This document shows, piece by piece, positions 12,776 through 21,211 of a stretch of DNA of 64,000 nt. Positions within the stretch are counted from its first letter, which is position 1. Every line of letters begins with the position of its first letter. Under the pieces are notes generated by a model. It ran no database searches and was not told the DNA's origin. It saw only the letters and a list, made by a program, of their open reading frames with translations. The position numbers and the translations under genes are program-made. This DNA is from Candidatus Izemoplasma sp. Lineage in GTDB: Bacteria; Bacillota_I; Bacilli_A; Izemoplasmatales; Izemoplasmataceae. The stretch covers positions 26,736-90,735 of the forward strand of contig SLJL01000008.1 in the NCBI GenBank assembly GCA_007135105.1, written 5' to 3'.

Positions 12776-13468
12776 TTAGTTAATCGAGCTTGGATCAAGT
12801 TTGATACCAGGACTCATGGTTGTTGCAATGGCGACGTTCTTGACGTAAGTGCCTTTAACCGTTTGCGGTTTGAGACGGATGATAGTCTCATAGAAGGCTT
12901 GGATGTTTTCTGCGATTTTGTCTTCCGAGAATGAACGTTTACCGACGGTGATGTGGATGTTTCCGACTTTGTCGACACGATATTCGACCTTACCGGCCTT
13001 GATCTCTTCGACAGCTTTTTTGACATCCGGGGTGACGGTTCCGGTTTTCGGGTTGGGCATCAATCCTTTAGGACCGAGTGTCCGACCGAGTTTACCGACT
13101 TTAGCCATCATGTCTGGTGTGGCGACGACGGTATCGAAGTCCGTCCATCCACCCATGACTTTTTCCACGAGTTCGTCTTCTCCGACGAAATCGGCACCAG
13201 CCTCTTCGGCTTCCTTGGCTTTGTCGCCGGTGGCGAAAACCAATACGCGTTTGGTTTTACCGGTTCCGTGTGGCAACACGATGGCGCCACGCAGATTTTG
13301 TTCGGCTTTACGCGGATTCAAGTTCAAACGTACGGCAAATTCGACAGATGCGTCAAAGCTTTCAAATGCAATCTCTTTAAGCAGTGTGATTGCTTCTTGC
13401 AGGTCGTAGTGCTTCGTGCGATCGATTTTCTCGAGTGCAGCACTGAATTTTTTGCCTTTTTTTGCCAT
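12776..13468 (-). CDS. rplA: 50S ribosomal protein L1
   Basis: 230-aa ORF starting [21 protein letters not shown], downstream of rplK. Confidence 0.97.
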   Translation of the reverse strand: MAKKGKKFSAALEKIDRTKHYDLQEAITLLKEIAFESFDASVEFAVRLNLNPRKAEQNLRGAIVLPHGTGKTKRVLVFATGDKAKEAEEAGADFVGEDELVEKVMGGWTDFDTVVATPDMMAKVGKLGRTLGPKGLMPNPKTGTVTPDVKKAVEEIKAGKVEYRVDKVGNIHITVGKRSFSEDKIAENIQAFYETIIRLKPQTVKGTYVKNVAIATTMSPGIKLDPSSIN

Positions 13469-13540
13469 GATAATTTTCCTCCTAAATGTGGTCTAGCGGA
13501 ATGTCCTCCCACAATTAGCTGTATGTTAACAACTAGTTGC

Positions 13541-13966
13541 TTAGTCTTTGACAACAATTCCCATGTTACGTGCGGATCCTTCGATAATGCGCATTGCCGC
13601 TTCAACGTCGTTCGCGTTCAAGTCGGGCATTTTTGTTTCCGCAATTTCACGCACCTGTTCGCGCGTGACTGTACCGACTTTCTCAGTCAATGGGTTGCCG
13701 GCACCTTTTTGAATTCCGGCAGCTTTTTTGAGCAAGTCCGCTGCTGGTGGTGTTTTGGTAATGAACGAGAATGAGCGGTCATCATAAACGGAAATCTCTA
13801 CCGGAATGATATTGCCCATCTGATCGCGTGTTGCTTCGTTGAATTTCGTACAAAATTCCTGAATATTCACGCCTGCTTGTCCCAAGGCCGGTCCGACCGG
13901 GGGTGCAGGATTCGCTTTACCCGCGGGAATTTGCAGTTTAACAACGTTTTTCACTTCTTTAGCCAC
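13541..13966 (-). CDS. rplK: 50S ribosomal protein L11
   Basis: 141-aa ORF with a GTG start and GAGGAGGTG RBS. Contains [21 protein letters not shown]. Confidence 0.97.
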   Translation of the reverse strand: MAKEVKNVVKLQIPAGKANPAPPVGPALGQAGVNIQEFCTKFNEATRDQMGNIIPVEISVYDDRSFSFITKTPPAADLLKKAAGIQKGAGNPLTEKVGTVTREQVREIAETKMPDLNANDVEAAMRIIEGSARNMGIVVKD

Positions 13967-14056
13967 GAGTACACCTCCTCATATTCGTGATGTGGTCAAC
14001 GGATGCTATACATCCTTCCACTCTAAAAATAAGCATGCCGTGTGACATGCTAAATC

Positions 14057-14085
14057 ATTATACAATAAAGCAATTTATGTGTCAA
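14057..14085 (-). promoter_or_regulatory. Putative sigma-A promoter of rplK-rplA
   Basis: Minus strand reads TTGACA (14080..14085), 17 nt, TATAAT (14057..14062). This is a perfect consensus in the nusG-rplK spacer. Confidence 0.65.
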
Positions 14086-14101
14086 TAAAAGACCCGATTA
14101 T

Positions 14102-14656
14102 TTATACGTTGGTGTCGATTTCATCAAATGTGAGCTGTTTCGGGGTTTCTCTTCCGAACATCTCCACCAAAACCGTGATGAGCTGTTTCTCGTGGTCCAC
14201 CGCTTCAACGGTACCGATTTGATTCATGAAAGGCCCAGCCGTGACGCGAACTCTTTGTCCGACTTCAACATCAAGCTTCGGCGAAGTGATGACACCGGCA
14301 CGTTTGAGGATAGGGTTGATTTCTTCAGGTGGCAAGGGAATTGGTTTTGTACCGCCACCGCTACTACCAAGAAAACCGGTCACACCAGGTGTGTTACGAA
14401 CAACAAACCAGGAATCATCGGTAACAATCATCTCAACGAAGACGTAACCCGGATAAAGTTTGTTCACTTTCTCCTTCGTCGTTCCATCGGCTTTCTTTTC
14501 CAGCACGGTTTCCTCGGGGATGACGACCTGGAAGATTTTATCTTCCATCTGCATGCTTTCAATCCGGCGCTCAAGGTTGATCTTGACGGAACTTTCCTGC
14601 CCCGAATACGTTTGAACGATATACCACTTTTTTTCTTCTAACATCGGTTTAAGCAC
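14102..14656 (-). CDS. nusG: Transcription termination/antitermination factor NusG
   Basis: 184-aa ORF with NGN start KKWYIVQTYSGQE and a C-terminal KOW region. An alternative start is 12 nt downstream. secE-nusG-rplK synteny. Confidence 0.95.
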   Translation of the reverse strand: MLKPMLEEKKWYIVQTYSGQESSVKINLERRIESMQMEDKIFQVVIPEETVLEKKADGTTKEKVNKLYPGYVFVEMIVTDDSWFVVRNTPGVTGFLGSSGGGTKPIPLPPEEINPILKRAGVITSPKLDVEVGQRVRVTAGPFMNQIGTVEAVDHEKQLITVLVEMFGRETPKQLTFDEIDTNV

Positions 14657-15074
14657 CCAAACCGTAGAGGAAATCGAAAATCGGCCGGAATACGAAATCG
14701 TACAGGACGAACATCATTCCAAGAAAGATAACGAAACCGAAGACACGGGCGGTGTGATTGGTCATCGTGTTCTTGGTTGGCCAGGAAACACGTTTCATCT
14801 CGCTCAAGCCCGGCATGAAGAATGGGGCCAAAGCGACCAAGAGGGCCACCGAACCGATAATGATGACCACAATCGAGAAGATCGTGATTTTAGTCGGCGT
14901 ATTGAATAACCAGAAATCCGTCATCGTGATCCTGAGGACATCGCCTTCAAGGATGTAGATGCCGAGGACAAGAACCAAAGCGCCGAGGACGCCCAGCAAT
15001 AAACCTTCGAACGGATATTCTGTTTTAAGTACTTTCAGTACCTTTGCTACTTTTTCTTCTTTTTTTTCAGGCAT
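14649..15074 (-). CDS. secE: Preprotein translocase subunit SecE (long, three predicted TM segments)
   Basis: 141-aa ORF. The C-terminal roughly 55 aa (EMKRVSWPTKNTMTNHTARVFGFVIFLGMMFVL) is the SecE core, and two more hydrophobic helices lie upstream. Positioned rpmG-secE-nusG. Confidence 0.85.
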   Translation of the reverse strand: MPEKKEEKVAKVLKVLKTEYPFEGLLLGVLGALVLVLGIYILEGDVLRITMTDFWLFNTPTKITIFSIVVIIIGSVALLVALAPFFMPGLSEMKRVSWPTKNTMTNHTARVFGFVIFLGMMFVLYDFVFRPIFDFLYGLGA

Positions 15075-15085
15075 GGTAATCGCTC

Positions 15086-15232
15086 CTATTTGCTTTCTTT
15101 ATGCAGTGTATGTTTTTTACACTGCTTGCAGTATTTTTTTATCGTCATACGTTCGTTTTCATCTTTGTGCTTGAAGGCTGTGTAATTTCTCGATAAGCAT
15201 ATCTCGCAGATCAGCCGGATTTTAATTCTCAT
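15086..15232 (-). CDS. rpmG: 50S ribosomal protein L33
   Basis: Not in the ORF track (48 aa). Hand translation gives MRIKIRLICEICLSRNYTAFKHKDENERMTIKKYCKQCKKHTLHKESK, with the CxxC...CxxC zinc ribbon. Lies upstream of secE. Confidence 0.9.
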   Translation of the reverse strand: MRIKIRLICEICLSRNYTAFKHKDENERMTIKKYCKQCKKHTLHKESK

Positions 15233-15286
15233 TGTATCACAACCTTGCAAATATATAATCTACCAAAAAGCGGGGTCTTTGTCAAC

Positions 15287-15832
15287 TTATTCCTTTCCAA
15301 AGTGTGCGTGAATCTTCACCTTGGCACGTTGCAATCCATTATAAATCCTTTTGGTTTCTATCTTGTGAGCCTGTGCGATGTATTCGATGCTGTTATTTTT
15401 TATTTCTCTTTCAATGAAGATTGTTTGTTCCAACGGCGAAAGAATCTCGAGCGCCTCTCGCAGCTGAAGTGGATAATATACACTTGTTTCATGAATGCAG
15501 TGATTCAGTTCGGCAATCGAATCACGGTAGCGTATGACTTTGTCTTTACGGCGTTTTCTTGTGTCTATTTTGGTGATGAGAAACCGCTCGAAACTCATTT
15601 CGAAAAAGCGGGTGAACGTCTTGTTGAAAGACGGATCGAACTTCAAAACTGTCTTGTAAAGAATAATAAGACCCTCTTGATACGTATCATCAAAGTCATA
15701 GGCCAGATTGAACTTATGAATTTTCTTGGCGATGAAACGATGGTATTTTGAAACCATAAACTCGAAGGCGTCTTCATCGCCTTCTTTAATACGATCGATA
15801 ACTTCGTAATCATTATGGTTCCATTTTTTCAT
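15287..15832 (-). CDS. sigH: Sigma-70 family RNA polymerase sigma factor (SigH-like by position)
   Basis: 181-aa ORF with a region-2-like segment (FEFMVSKYHRFIAKKI...YQEGLIILYKTVLKFD) and a region-4 HTH (SIEYIAQAHKIETKRIYNGLQRAKVKI). Lies between rlmB and rpmG, as sigH does in Bacilli. Confidence 0.7.
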   Translation of the reverse strand: MKKWNHNDYEVIDRIKEGDEDAFEFMVSKYHRFIAKKIHKFNLAYDFDDTYQEGLIILYKTVLKFDPSFNKTFTRFFEMSFERFLITKIDTRKRRKDKVIRYRDSIAELNHCIHETSVYYPLQLREALEILSPLEQTIFIEREIKNNSIEYIAQAHKIETKRIYNGLQRAKVKIHAHFGKE

Positions 15833-15836
15833 GGCC

Positions 15837-16538
15837 TTATCCCCTTCTACGTTTCATGATATCGTATAAGGCCACACCTGTGGAAACACTGATGTTGAGA
15901 CTATTCAACTGTCCCTGCATGGGGATTTTAACCAGATAGTCGCAGTGTTTTTTGACAAGTTGGGACAACCCTTTCCCTTCGCTTCCGAAAACCATGCATA
16001 GATCCAGATCCACGTAGATGTCATCCAAGGTATCGTCCGTATCGAGTGCGGTGCCGACGACCCAGACGTTTGCTTCTTTCAACTTCAGAATCGCCTGATG
16101 CAGATTCGGAACTTGGATGATGTCGACATATTCGACCGCACCGGAAGATACTTTGACAACCGTTGGCGTGATGGTAGCGGTACGATGCTTGGGAATGATG
16201 ATGCCGCTTGCACCGAGTGCTTCCACATTGCGGATGACCGCACCGAGATTGTGCGGATCCTCGACACCGTCAAGCATGACGAAGAGTTTCTTATCCGGTT
16301 TTTCCAAAGCTTCCTGCAACGGAACGAAGGCATAATCTTCAACGTTCGCTGCGATGCTTTGATGATTGGGTCCGAACTTCTTCATCATGGCGTCTTTCGA
16401 TAGCAAGCTGATTTTAACGTCTTTTTTCTTTGCCAATGCGACCAGGTCCGGATGTGTTTTTTCCACATGGAACATTTCAAAGATTTTCCTGTCGGCATTG
16501 AGCGCTTCTTTGATTGGGTTGGTCCCGTAAATTAACAT
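15837..16538 (-). CDS. rlmB: 23S rRNA (guanosine-2'-O)-methyltransferase, SpoU/TrmH family (RlmB-like)
   Basis: Start trimmed to ATG 16538 (MLIYGTNPIKEAL), which has an AAGAAGG RBS. The upstream ATG at 16589 has no RBS. Contains SpoU motifs (DPHNLGAVIRN, FGSEGKGL). Confidence 0.85.
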   Translation of the reverse strand: MLIYGTNPIKEALNADRKIFEMFHVEKTHPDLVALAKKKDVKISLLSKDAMMKKFGPNHQSIAANVEDYAFVPLQEALEKPDKKLFVMLDGVEDPHNLGAVIRNVEALGASGIIIPKHRTATITPTVVKVSSGAVEYVDIIQVPNLHQAILKLKEANVWVVGTALDTDDTLDDIYVDLDLCMVFGSEGKGLSQLVKKHCDYLVKIPMQGQLNSLNISVSTGVALYDIMKRRRG

Positions 16539-16609
16539 AGGTGAGCCTTCTTTCACTTGTATCTTAGCACGATATCTCGCAGATGGCATTTGAAAGTCTT
16601 GATTGAATT

Positions 16610-16978
16610 TTATCCTGAATCGACGATATGTCCCAGGAGTGTTTCAAGCCGCTTGGTATTTTTAGTTAGATGCAGATAGCCGATAAGGGCTTCAAAACCG
16701 GTGGAGAGACGGTAGGTCGAAAGCGAGGATTGTCCCGGTTTTCTACTGCTGCTGGCGTTGCGGCCGCGTTTGACAATGTCTTTTTCCGATTCGGTCAGAT
16801 ATGGATCAATACGTTTAAGGGCTTGAAATTGTGCCTGGGCGTTTGTATATTTCACTGTGGCTTCGTGTAGGTTGTTCACTTGTGTCAACCCTTGATCGAT
16901 ATGATATTCACGAATCATGAGCTCATAGACCGCATCACCGATGTAAGCAAGGGTCTGACCGTTGAGTGAAAGCATCAC
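16610..16978 (-). CDS. mrnC: Mini-ribonuclease 3
   Basis: 122-aa ORF with the RNase III-like signature LAYIGDAVYEL. Overlaps the cysS stop by 4 nt, as in cysS-mrnC-rlmB clusters. Confidence 0.85.
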   Translation of the reverse strand: MMLSLNGQTLAYIGDAVYELMIREYHIDQGLTQVNNLHEATVKYTNAQAQFQALKRIDPYLTESEKDIVKRGRNASSSRKPGQSSLSTYRLSTGFEALIGYLHLTKNTKRLETLLGHIVDSG

Positions 16979-18309
16979 AGAATGCCCCGGGCGCTGAGTT
17001 TTTCCCTTAACCGGTCCGCTTTGTCGAATTCCTTGTTTTTACGGGCATCGCTCCACGCCATATAGATGGCCTTATCGGAATCCGTCAACGGGGTCACACC
17101 GGGGTAAAGACCGAGAATTTCGAAGAACGTATCAAAGAGTTCAATACATGCTTTGAGTTCTTCTTCGGTGTTTTTCTTGCGCAGGGTCTGGTTGGTGAAT
17201 TTGACAAGGTTCTGTAGTTCGGTGATGGCGTTGGCGGTATTGAAGTCGTTGTCCATCGCATCCATGAATCTGAGTTCGATGGCCCTGAGATTTTCCGAGA
17301 CTTCCGGGGATATGTCCAAAGATTCCGCCAAGTCGAGATGATAGAACGTCTGCTTGTATACGCGGCGCATGCGTTCCCAGTCCTTGACATACGCATCGAG
17401 CACCTCATCGGTATAGTTGATCGGACTGCGATAGTGCGTGCTCAGGGTAAACAGCCTGAAACCCATATAGTCCACATCGAGATCCTTGACCAGAATAATT
17501 CGGCCTTCGCTTTTGCTCATCTTCTTATCGTCGATGTTCAGCTGACCGTTATGCATCCAGATGTTTGCGATATAATGATCGCTCAATGCGCGATTCTGTG
17601 CAATCTCGTTTTCATGATGCGGGAACTTGATCTCCGAACCCCCGCCATGGATATCGATGCGACCACCGAAAATCTCATCGATCATCGCGACACATTCGGT
17701 ATGCCAACCCGGACGACCTTCTCCGAAAGGAGATGGCCAAGTGATACCAATATCGGTTTTTTTCCACAATGTGAAATCGAGGGGGTTTTCCTTCTTGGGG
17801 TTTACCTCGATGCGTGAGCCTTCGATCAAATCATCCACTTTTCGACCGGAAAGAATGCCATAATCCTCGATTTTTCCGACACGGAAATAGACATCGCCTT
17901 CAACCTGATACGCGTAGCCTTTCTCAACGAGCTTCTCAATATACGAAATGATGGCGCTCATGTATTCGGTGACGCGCGGTGCCAGATATTTCGTCGAGCT
18001 ACCCACTCTTGCAGCATCCTTGAAGAAGGCATCGATGAACTTGTTGGCCACTTCTTGCTCGTCCATTTCATCCTCTAGTGCTTTGGTGATGACTTTGTCA
18101 TCGACATCGGTGAAATTGGACACGAAGTTAACCGTATAGCCTTTGTGTTCGAAATAGCGTCTGACGACATCGAAAAAGATGACAGGTCTGGCGTTGCCGA
18201 TATGAATATAATTGTAGACGGTCGGTCCACAGACATACATGTTCACAGTATCTTTGTGGATCGGCGTGAATGTTTCTAGTTTGTTGGTCAATGTATTGAA
18301 TATTTTCAT
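16975..18309 (-). CDS. cysS: Cysteinyl-tRNA synthetase
   Basis: Start trimmed to ATG 18309 (MKIFNTLTNK), preceded by AAGGTGA. Has class I motifs HIGNARP and KMSKS. Confidence 0.96.
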   Translation of the reverse strand: MKIFNTLTNKLETFTPIHKDTVNMYVCGPTVYNYIHIGNARPVIFFDVVRRYFEHKGYTVNFVSNFTDVDDKVITKALEDEMDEQEVANKFIDAFFKDAARVGSSTKYLAPRVTEYMSAIISYIEKLVEKGYAYQVEGDVYFRVGKIEDYGILSGRKVDDLIEGSRIEVNPKKENPLDFTLWKKTDIGITWPSPFGEGRPGWHTECVAMIDEIFGGRIDIHGGGSEIKFPHHENEIAQNRALSDHYIANIWMHNGQLNIDDKKMSKSEGRIILVKDLDVDYMGFRLFTLSTHYRSPINYTDEVLDAYVKDWERMRRVYKQTFYHLDLAESLDISPEVSENLRAIELRFMDAMDNDFNTANAITELQNLVKFTNQTLRKKNTEEELKACIELFDTFFEILGLYPGVTPLTDSDKAIYMAWSDARKNKEFDKADRLREKLSARGIL

Positions 18310-18401
18310 GTTCATCACCTTTTTTTAAACTACGGGATTAAGTCAGGTATATTCTACCATAACCTGCGCCGATAACGAAAGATTATCACCGGAAATGCCC
18401 T

Positions 18402-18428
18402 AAAAAAAGCAGGAGGAATTCCCCCTGC
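18402..18428 (-). terminator. Rho-independent terminator after the cold-shock gene
   Basis: Stem GCAGGAGG (18409..18416) / CCCCCTGC (18421..18428) with loop AATT, followed on the minus strand by a 7-U run. Confidence 0.75.
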
Positions 18429-18444
18429 TTCGATCGTTAATTCA

Positions 18445-18642
18445 TTAAAGTTTTTCTACGTTAGCTGCTTGTGGTCCACGATCGCCTTCTACTACTTCGA
18501 ATTCAACTTTGTCGCCTTCATTCAAAGTTTTGAAACCTTCTTGGTTGAGGGCGCTGTAGTGGACGAAGATGTCATTGCCTTCATCTGAAGTAATGAAACC
18601 GTAGCCCTTTTCTGAATTAAACCATTTTACTGTTCCTGTCAT
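18445..18642 (-). CDS. cspA: Cold-shock protein (CspA family)
   Basis: 65-aa ORF with RNP-1 KGYGFI and RNP-2 IFVHY motifs. Confidence 0.95.
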   Translation of the reverse strand: MTGTVKWFNSEKGYGFITSDEGNDIFVHYSALNQEGFKTLNEGDKVEFEVVEGDRGPQAANVEKL

Positions 18643-18679
18643 GTGTTAAAAAATCTCCTTTTTTCTTTTGATACTTAGC

Positions 18680-18708
18680 ATTATACAATGCTGATGCGAA
18701 AAATGCAA
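18680..18708 (-). promoter_or_regulatory. Putative sigma-A promoter of the cold-shock gene
   Basis: Minus strand reads TTGCAT (18703..18708), 17 nt, TATAAT (18680..18685), with TG at the extended -10 position. Confidence 0.65.
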
Positions 18709-18716
18709 ATATTTTC

Positions 18717-20141
18717 CTAAATCATACCGATAGTTTTATCGAGACGGTCGATGAGAATCTTCTTTCCCATGAGGTTCATCATCTGAGGCAAGTCCGGACC
18801 GTGCATGGTACCGCTCACAGAAATTCTTATCGGCATGAACAGCATCTTGCCTTTCATGTCGGTCTCTTTTCCTGCTGCTTTGATATGGCTTTTAATTGTG
18901 TCAGGATCGATGTTTTCGGCCTGCTCGAGTTTCGATTTGAAGGTCTCAAGCAGGTTGCGTACCCCGTCTTGCTGTATGAAGGTTAAGGCTTCTTCTTCGA
19001 TTTTGAAGGGGTGTTCGAAAAAGTCGCGGTAAAGCTCGACAATCTGGGCGCCATAGACCAGGCGATCCTTGAAGACCTTGATCAGGCTTTCGAACCAATC
19101 GTCGGTTTCGTCTTTACCAATGCCCGCTTTGTTGAGGTAGGGTAGACAAAGTTCAAGGAGCGCTTCGTCCGATAACTTCTTAATGTGGCGGTTGTTGATG
19201 AAATGTAGCTTCTCCTTATCGAACATCGCCGGTGAACTGGAAAGGCGGCTTTCATCGAACAGGCCGATCAGTTCTGCCTTATCGAGAATTTCATCATCGC
19301 TTTTCGGTGAGAAACCCAAAAGCGCGATGAAATTAAAAAGCGCTTGCGGTAGGAAACCGAGATTTTTATATTGTTCGATGAACTGGATGATCGATTCATC
19401 GCGTTTGGATAGTTTCTTGTGATTTTCATTGACGATCAACGTCATATGACCATAAGTGGGTCTTTCCCAGGAGAATGCATCGAAAATCATGAGTTGCCGT
19501 GGGGTGTTGGTGATATGGTCTTCTCCTCTTAGAATATGGGAGATTTCCATGAGATGATCATCAACGGCGCAAGCGAAGTTGTAGGTAGGTATTTTATTGC
19601 GTTTCAAAATGACCCAGTCGCCGATGTCTTCACTTTTGAATGTCACCGCTTTCTTGACAAGGTCGTTAAAGGTATATTCGGTCTTATCAGGTACTTTGAA
19701 ACGGATGGTGTGTGGTTTGTCCTGATCGGGCAGCCCCAAGCATTTGCGTGAATAGTGCAATTTGTCGTGACCCGCTTTTTTCAGTGCTTCTTTTTCTTCG
19801 GCAAGTTCTTCGGATGTGCAATAGCATTTATAGGCAAGACCTTTTTCAATAAGTGTTTCGGCGTATTGTTGATAGATTTCAAGCCGTTCTAACTGTCGAT
19901 ATGGGCCGTGTTCACCGGGTTTATCGACGGATTCATCCCAATCGATACCGAGCCATTTAAGGTGGGAAAGCTGGCTTTCGATACCGGTTTCGACATTGCG
20001 CTCGATGTCAGTATCTTCGATGCGGACGATGAAATCACCACCGTGTCTCTTGGCAAACAGATAGTTGAACAAAGCGGTGCGAGCGTTGCCGATATGCAGG
20101 TGGCCGGTCGGACTTGGTGCGTATCTGACGCGAACTTTCAT
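18717..20141 (-). CDS. gltX: Glutamyl-tRNA synthetase
   Basis: 474-aa ORF starting MKVRVRYAPSPTGHLHIGNARTALFNY (HIGH motif), with KLSKR (KMSKS-like). Confidence 0.96.
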   Translation of the reverse strand: MKVRVRYAPSPTGHLHIGNARTALFNYLFAKRHGGDFIVRIEDTDIERNVETGIESQLSHLKWLGIDWDESVDKPGEHGPYRQLERLEIYQQYAETLIEKGLAYKCYCTSEELAEEKEALKKAGHDKLHYSRKCLGLPDQDKPHTIRFKVPDKTEYTFNDLVKKAVTFKSEDIGDWVILKRNKIPTYNFACAVDDHLMEISHILRGEDHITNTPRQLMIFDAFSWERPTYGHMTLIVNENHKKLSKRDESIIQFIEQYKNLGFLPQALFNFIALLGFSPKSDDEILDKAELIGLFDESRLSSSPAMFDKEKLHFINNRHIKKLSDEALLELCLPYLNKAGIGKDETDDWFESLIKVFKDRLVYGAQIVELYRDFFEHPFKIEEEALTFIQQDGVRNLLETFKSKLEQAENIDPDTIKSHIKAAGKETDMKGKMLFMPIRISVSGTMHGPDLPQMMNLMGKKILIDRLDKTIGMI

Positions 20142-20210
20142 GCGGGTTCCTCCTTTTTGTTTCGGTCCTATTATAGTATGTTTTCATAAGAAGCTCAATC
20201 ATCGGATAAG

Positions 20211-20236
20211 AAAAAAAGCACAAATTGTGCTTTTTT
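20211..20236 (-). terminator. Hairpin terminator after rpsI
   Basis: AAAAAAAGCACAAATTGTGCTTTTTT: a short GCAC/GTGC stem extended by A/T pairs and flanked by a U-run, 10 nt after the rpsI stop. Confidence 0.6.
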
Positions 20237-20246
20237 GTCTTTCGCA

Positions 20247-20642
20247 TTAACGTTTTGAAAATTGTGGGGCACGGCGCGCTTTTCTCAGTCCGTATTTCTT
20301 ACGTTCTGTGGCGCGGGGATCGCGGGTAACCAAACCAGCGGCTTTCAGTGGTTTACGATAATCATCGTTTACCTCTAGAAGTGCGCGGGTAATGCCAAGG
20401 CGAATGGCTCCGGCCTGTCCGGAGATGCCGCCGCCGTGGACGGTTACTTGAATGTCAAAGGTTTTTTGATTCTCGGTAAGTTCAAGGGGTTGGAAAACAT
20501 CTAGTCTGGTTGCGGCCGAGGGGATATATTCTTCAAAATCCCGTCCGTTCACCGTGATTTTCCCGGTTCCGGGTCTCATGATGATACGAGCGACTGAATT
20601 TTTTCTTCGGCCTGTGCCGAGATAGCTTACTTCGTTAGCCAT
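20247..20642 (-). CDS. rpsI: 30S ribosomal protein S9
   Basis: 131-aa ORF with C-terminus [18 protein letters not shown]. Lies downstream of rplM. Confidence 0.97.
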   Translation of the reverse strand: MANEVSYLGTGRRKNSVARIIMRPGTGKITVNGRDFEEYIPSAATRLDVFQPLELTENQKTFDIQVTVHGGGISGQAGAIRLGITRALLEVNDDYRKPLKAAGLVTRDPRATERKKYGLRKARRAPQFSKR

Positions 20643-20655
20643 TTAATATTGCCTC

Positions 20656-21090
20656 CTAGCCTTTTAACTCAAGAACTTCTGGTTTTTGAGCTTGATGTGG
20701 ATGATTCTCAGAATCATACACATACAGTTTTTTGAACATTTTACGACCGAGTTTGTTGTGTGGTAGCATCCCTTTGACTGCGAGTTCAATCATGCGGTTC
20801 GGATGGTTCTTGTTCATGGTCTCGGCATTCACTTCTTTAAGCGAGCCGGGATATTGCGAATGCGAATAGTATTTCTTTTGTTGCCATTTCTTGCCGGTAA
20901 GTTGGATGTCTTTGGCATTGATGACAATCACGTGATCGCCGCAGTCGACATGCGGTGTGAATGTGGGTTTGTGTTTGCCTCTCAAAATGGCTGCGACTTC
21001 GGTAGATAAGCGACCGAGTGTCTGGCCTTTGGCGTCGACGACAAACCATTTGCGTTCAACTGTTTGGTTGTTCGCCATGTATGTTTTCAT
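20656..21090 (-). CDS. rplM: 50S ribosomal protein L13
   Basis: Start trimmed to ATG 21090 ([20 protein letters not shown]), 9 nt after AGGAGG. Confidence 0.96.
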   Translation of the reverse strand: MKTYMANNQTVERKWFVVDAKGQTLGRLSTEVAAILRGKHKPTFTPHVDCGDHVIVINAKDIQLTGKKWQQKKYYSHSQYPGSLKEVNAETMNKNHPNRMIELAVKGMLPHNKLGRKMFKKLYVYDSENHPHQAQKPEVLELKG

Positions 21091-21159
21091 TGTGCGTAGC
21101 CTCCTATATTTTCTCATAGTCGGGCTATAAGGGAGATTCTTAAAAATGTACCGACGTAT

Positions 21160-21188
21160 ATGATAGCTTATTTGCTGATTTTTGTCAA
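21160..21188 (-). promoter_or_regulatory. Putative sigma-A promoter of rplM-rpsI
   Basis: Minus strand reads TTGACA (21183..21188), 17 nt, TATCAT (21160..21165). A leader of about 70 nt precedes rplM. Confidence 0.6.
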
Positions 21189-21211
21189 ACGTTTTTCATG
21201 CTTTTTTTCGA

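Noticed and set aside
12953-13774. A long antisense ORF (273 aa, + strand) opposite rplA/rplK. Many similar 60-170-aa ORFs lie opposite fusA, rpoC, rpoB, metG, secY, rplB and others in the ORF track.
   Set aside because: They lie entirely inside strongly supported, highly conserved minus-strand genes and have no RBS. Their low-complexity or odd composition is typical of shadow frames of GC3-biased genes.
18319-18444. Possible T-box leaders upstream of cysS (and likewise gltX at 20142..20246 and metG at 23147..23150).
   Set aside because: The untranslated gaps are 126 nt, 105 nt and about 4 nt. These are too short for a T-box riboswitch, and no AGGGTGGNACCGCG-like T-box sequence is present.
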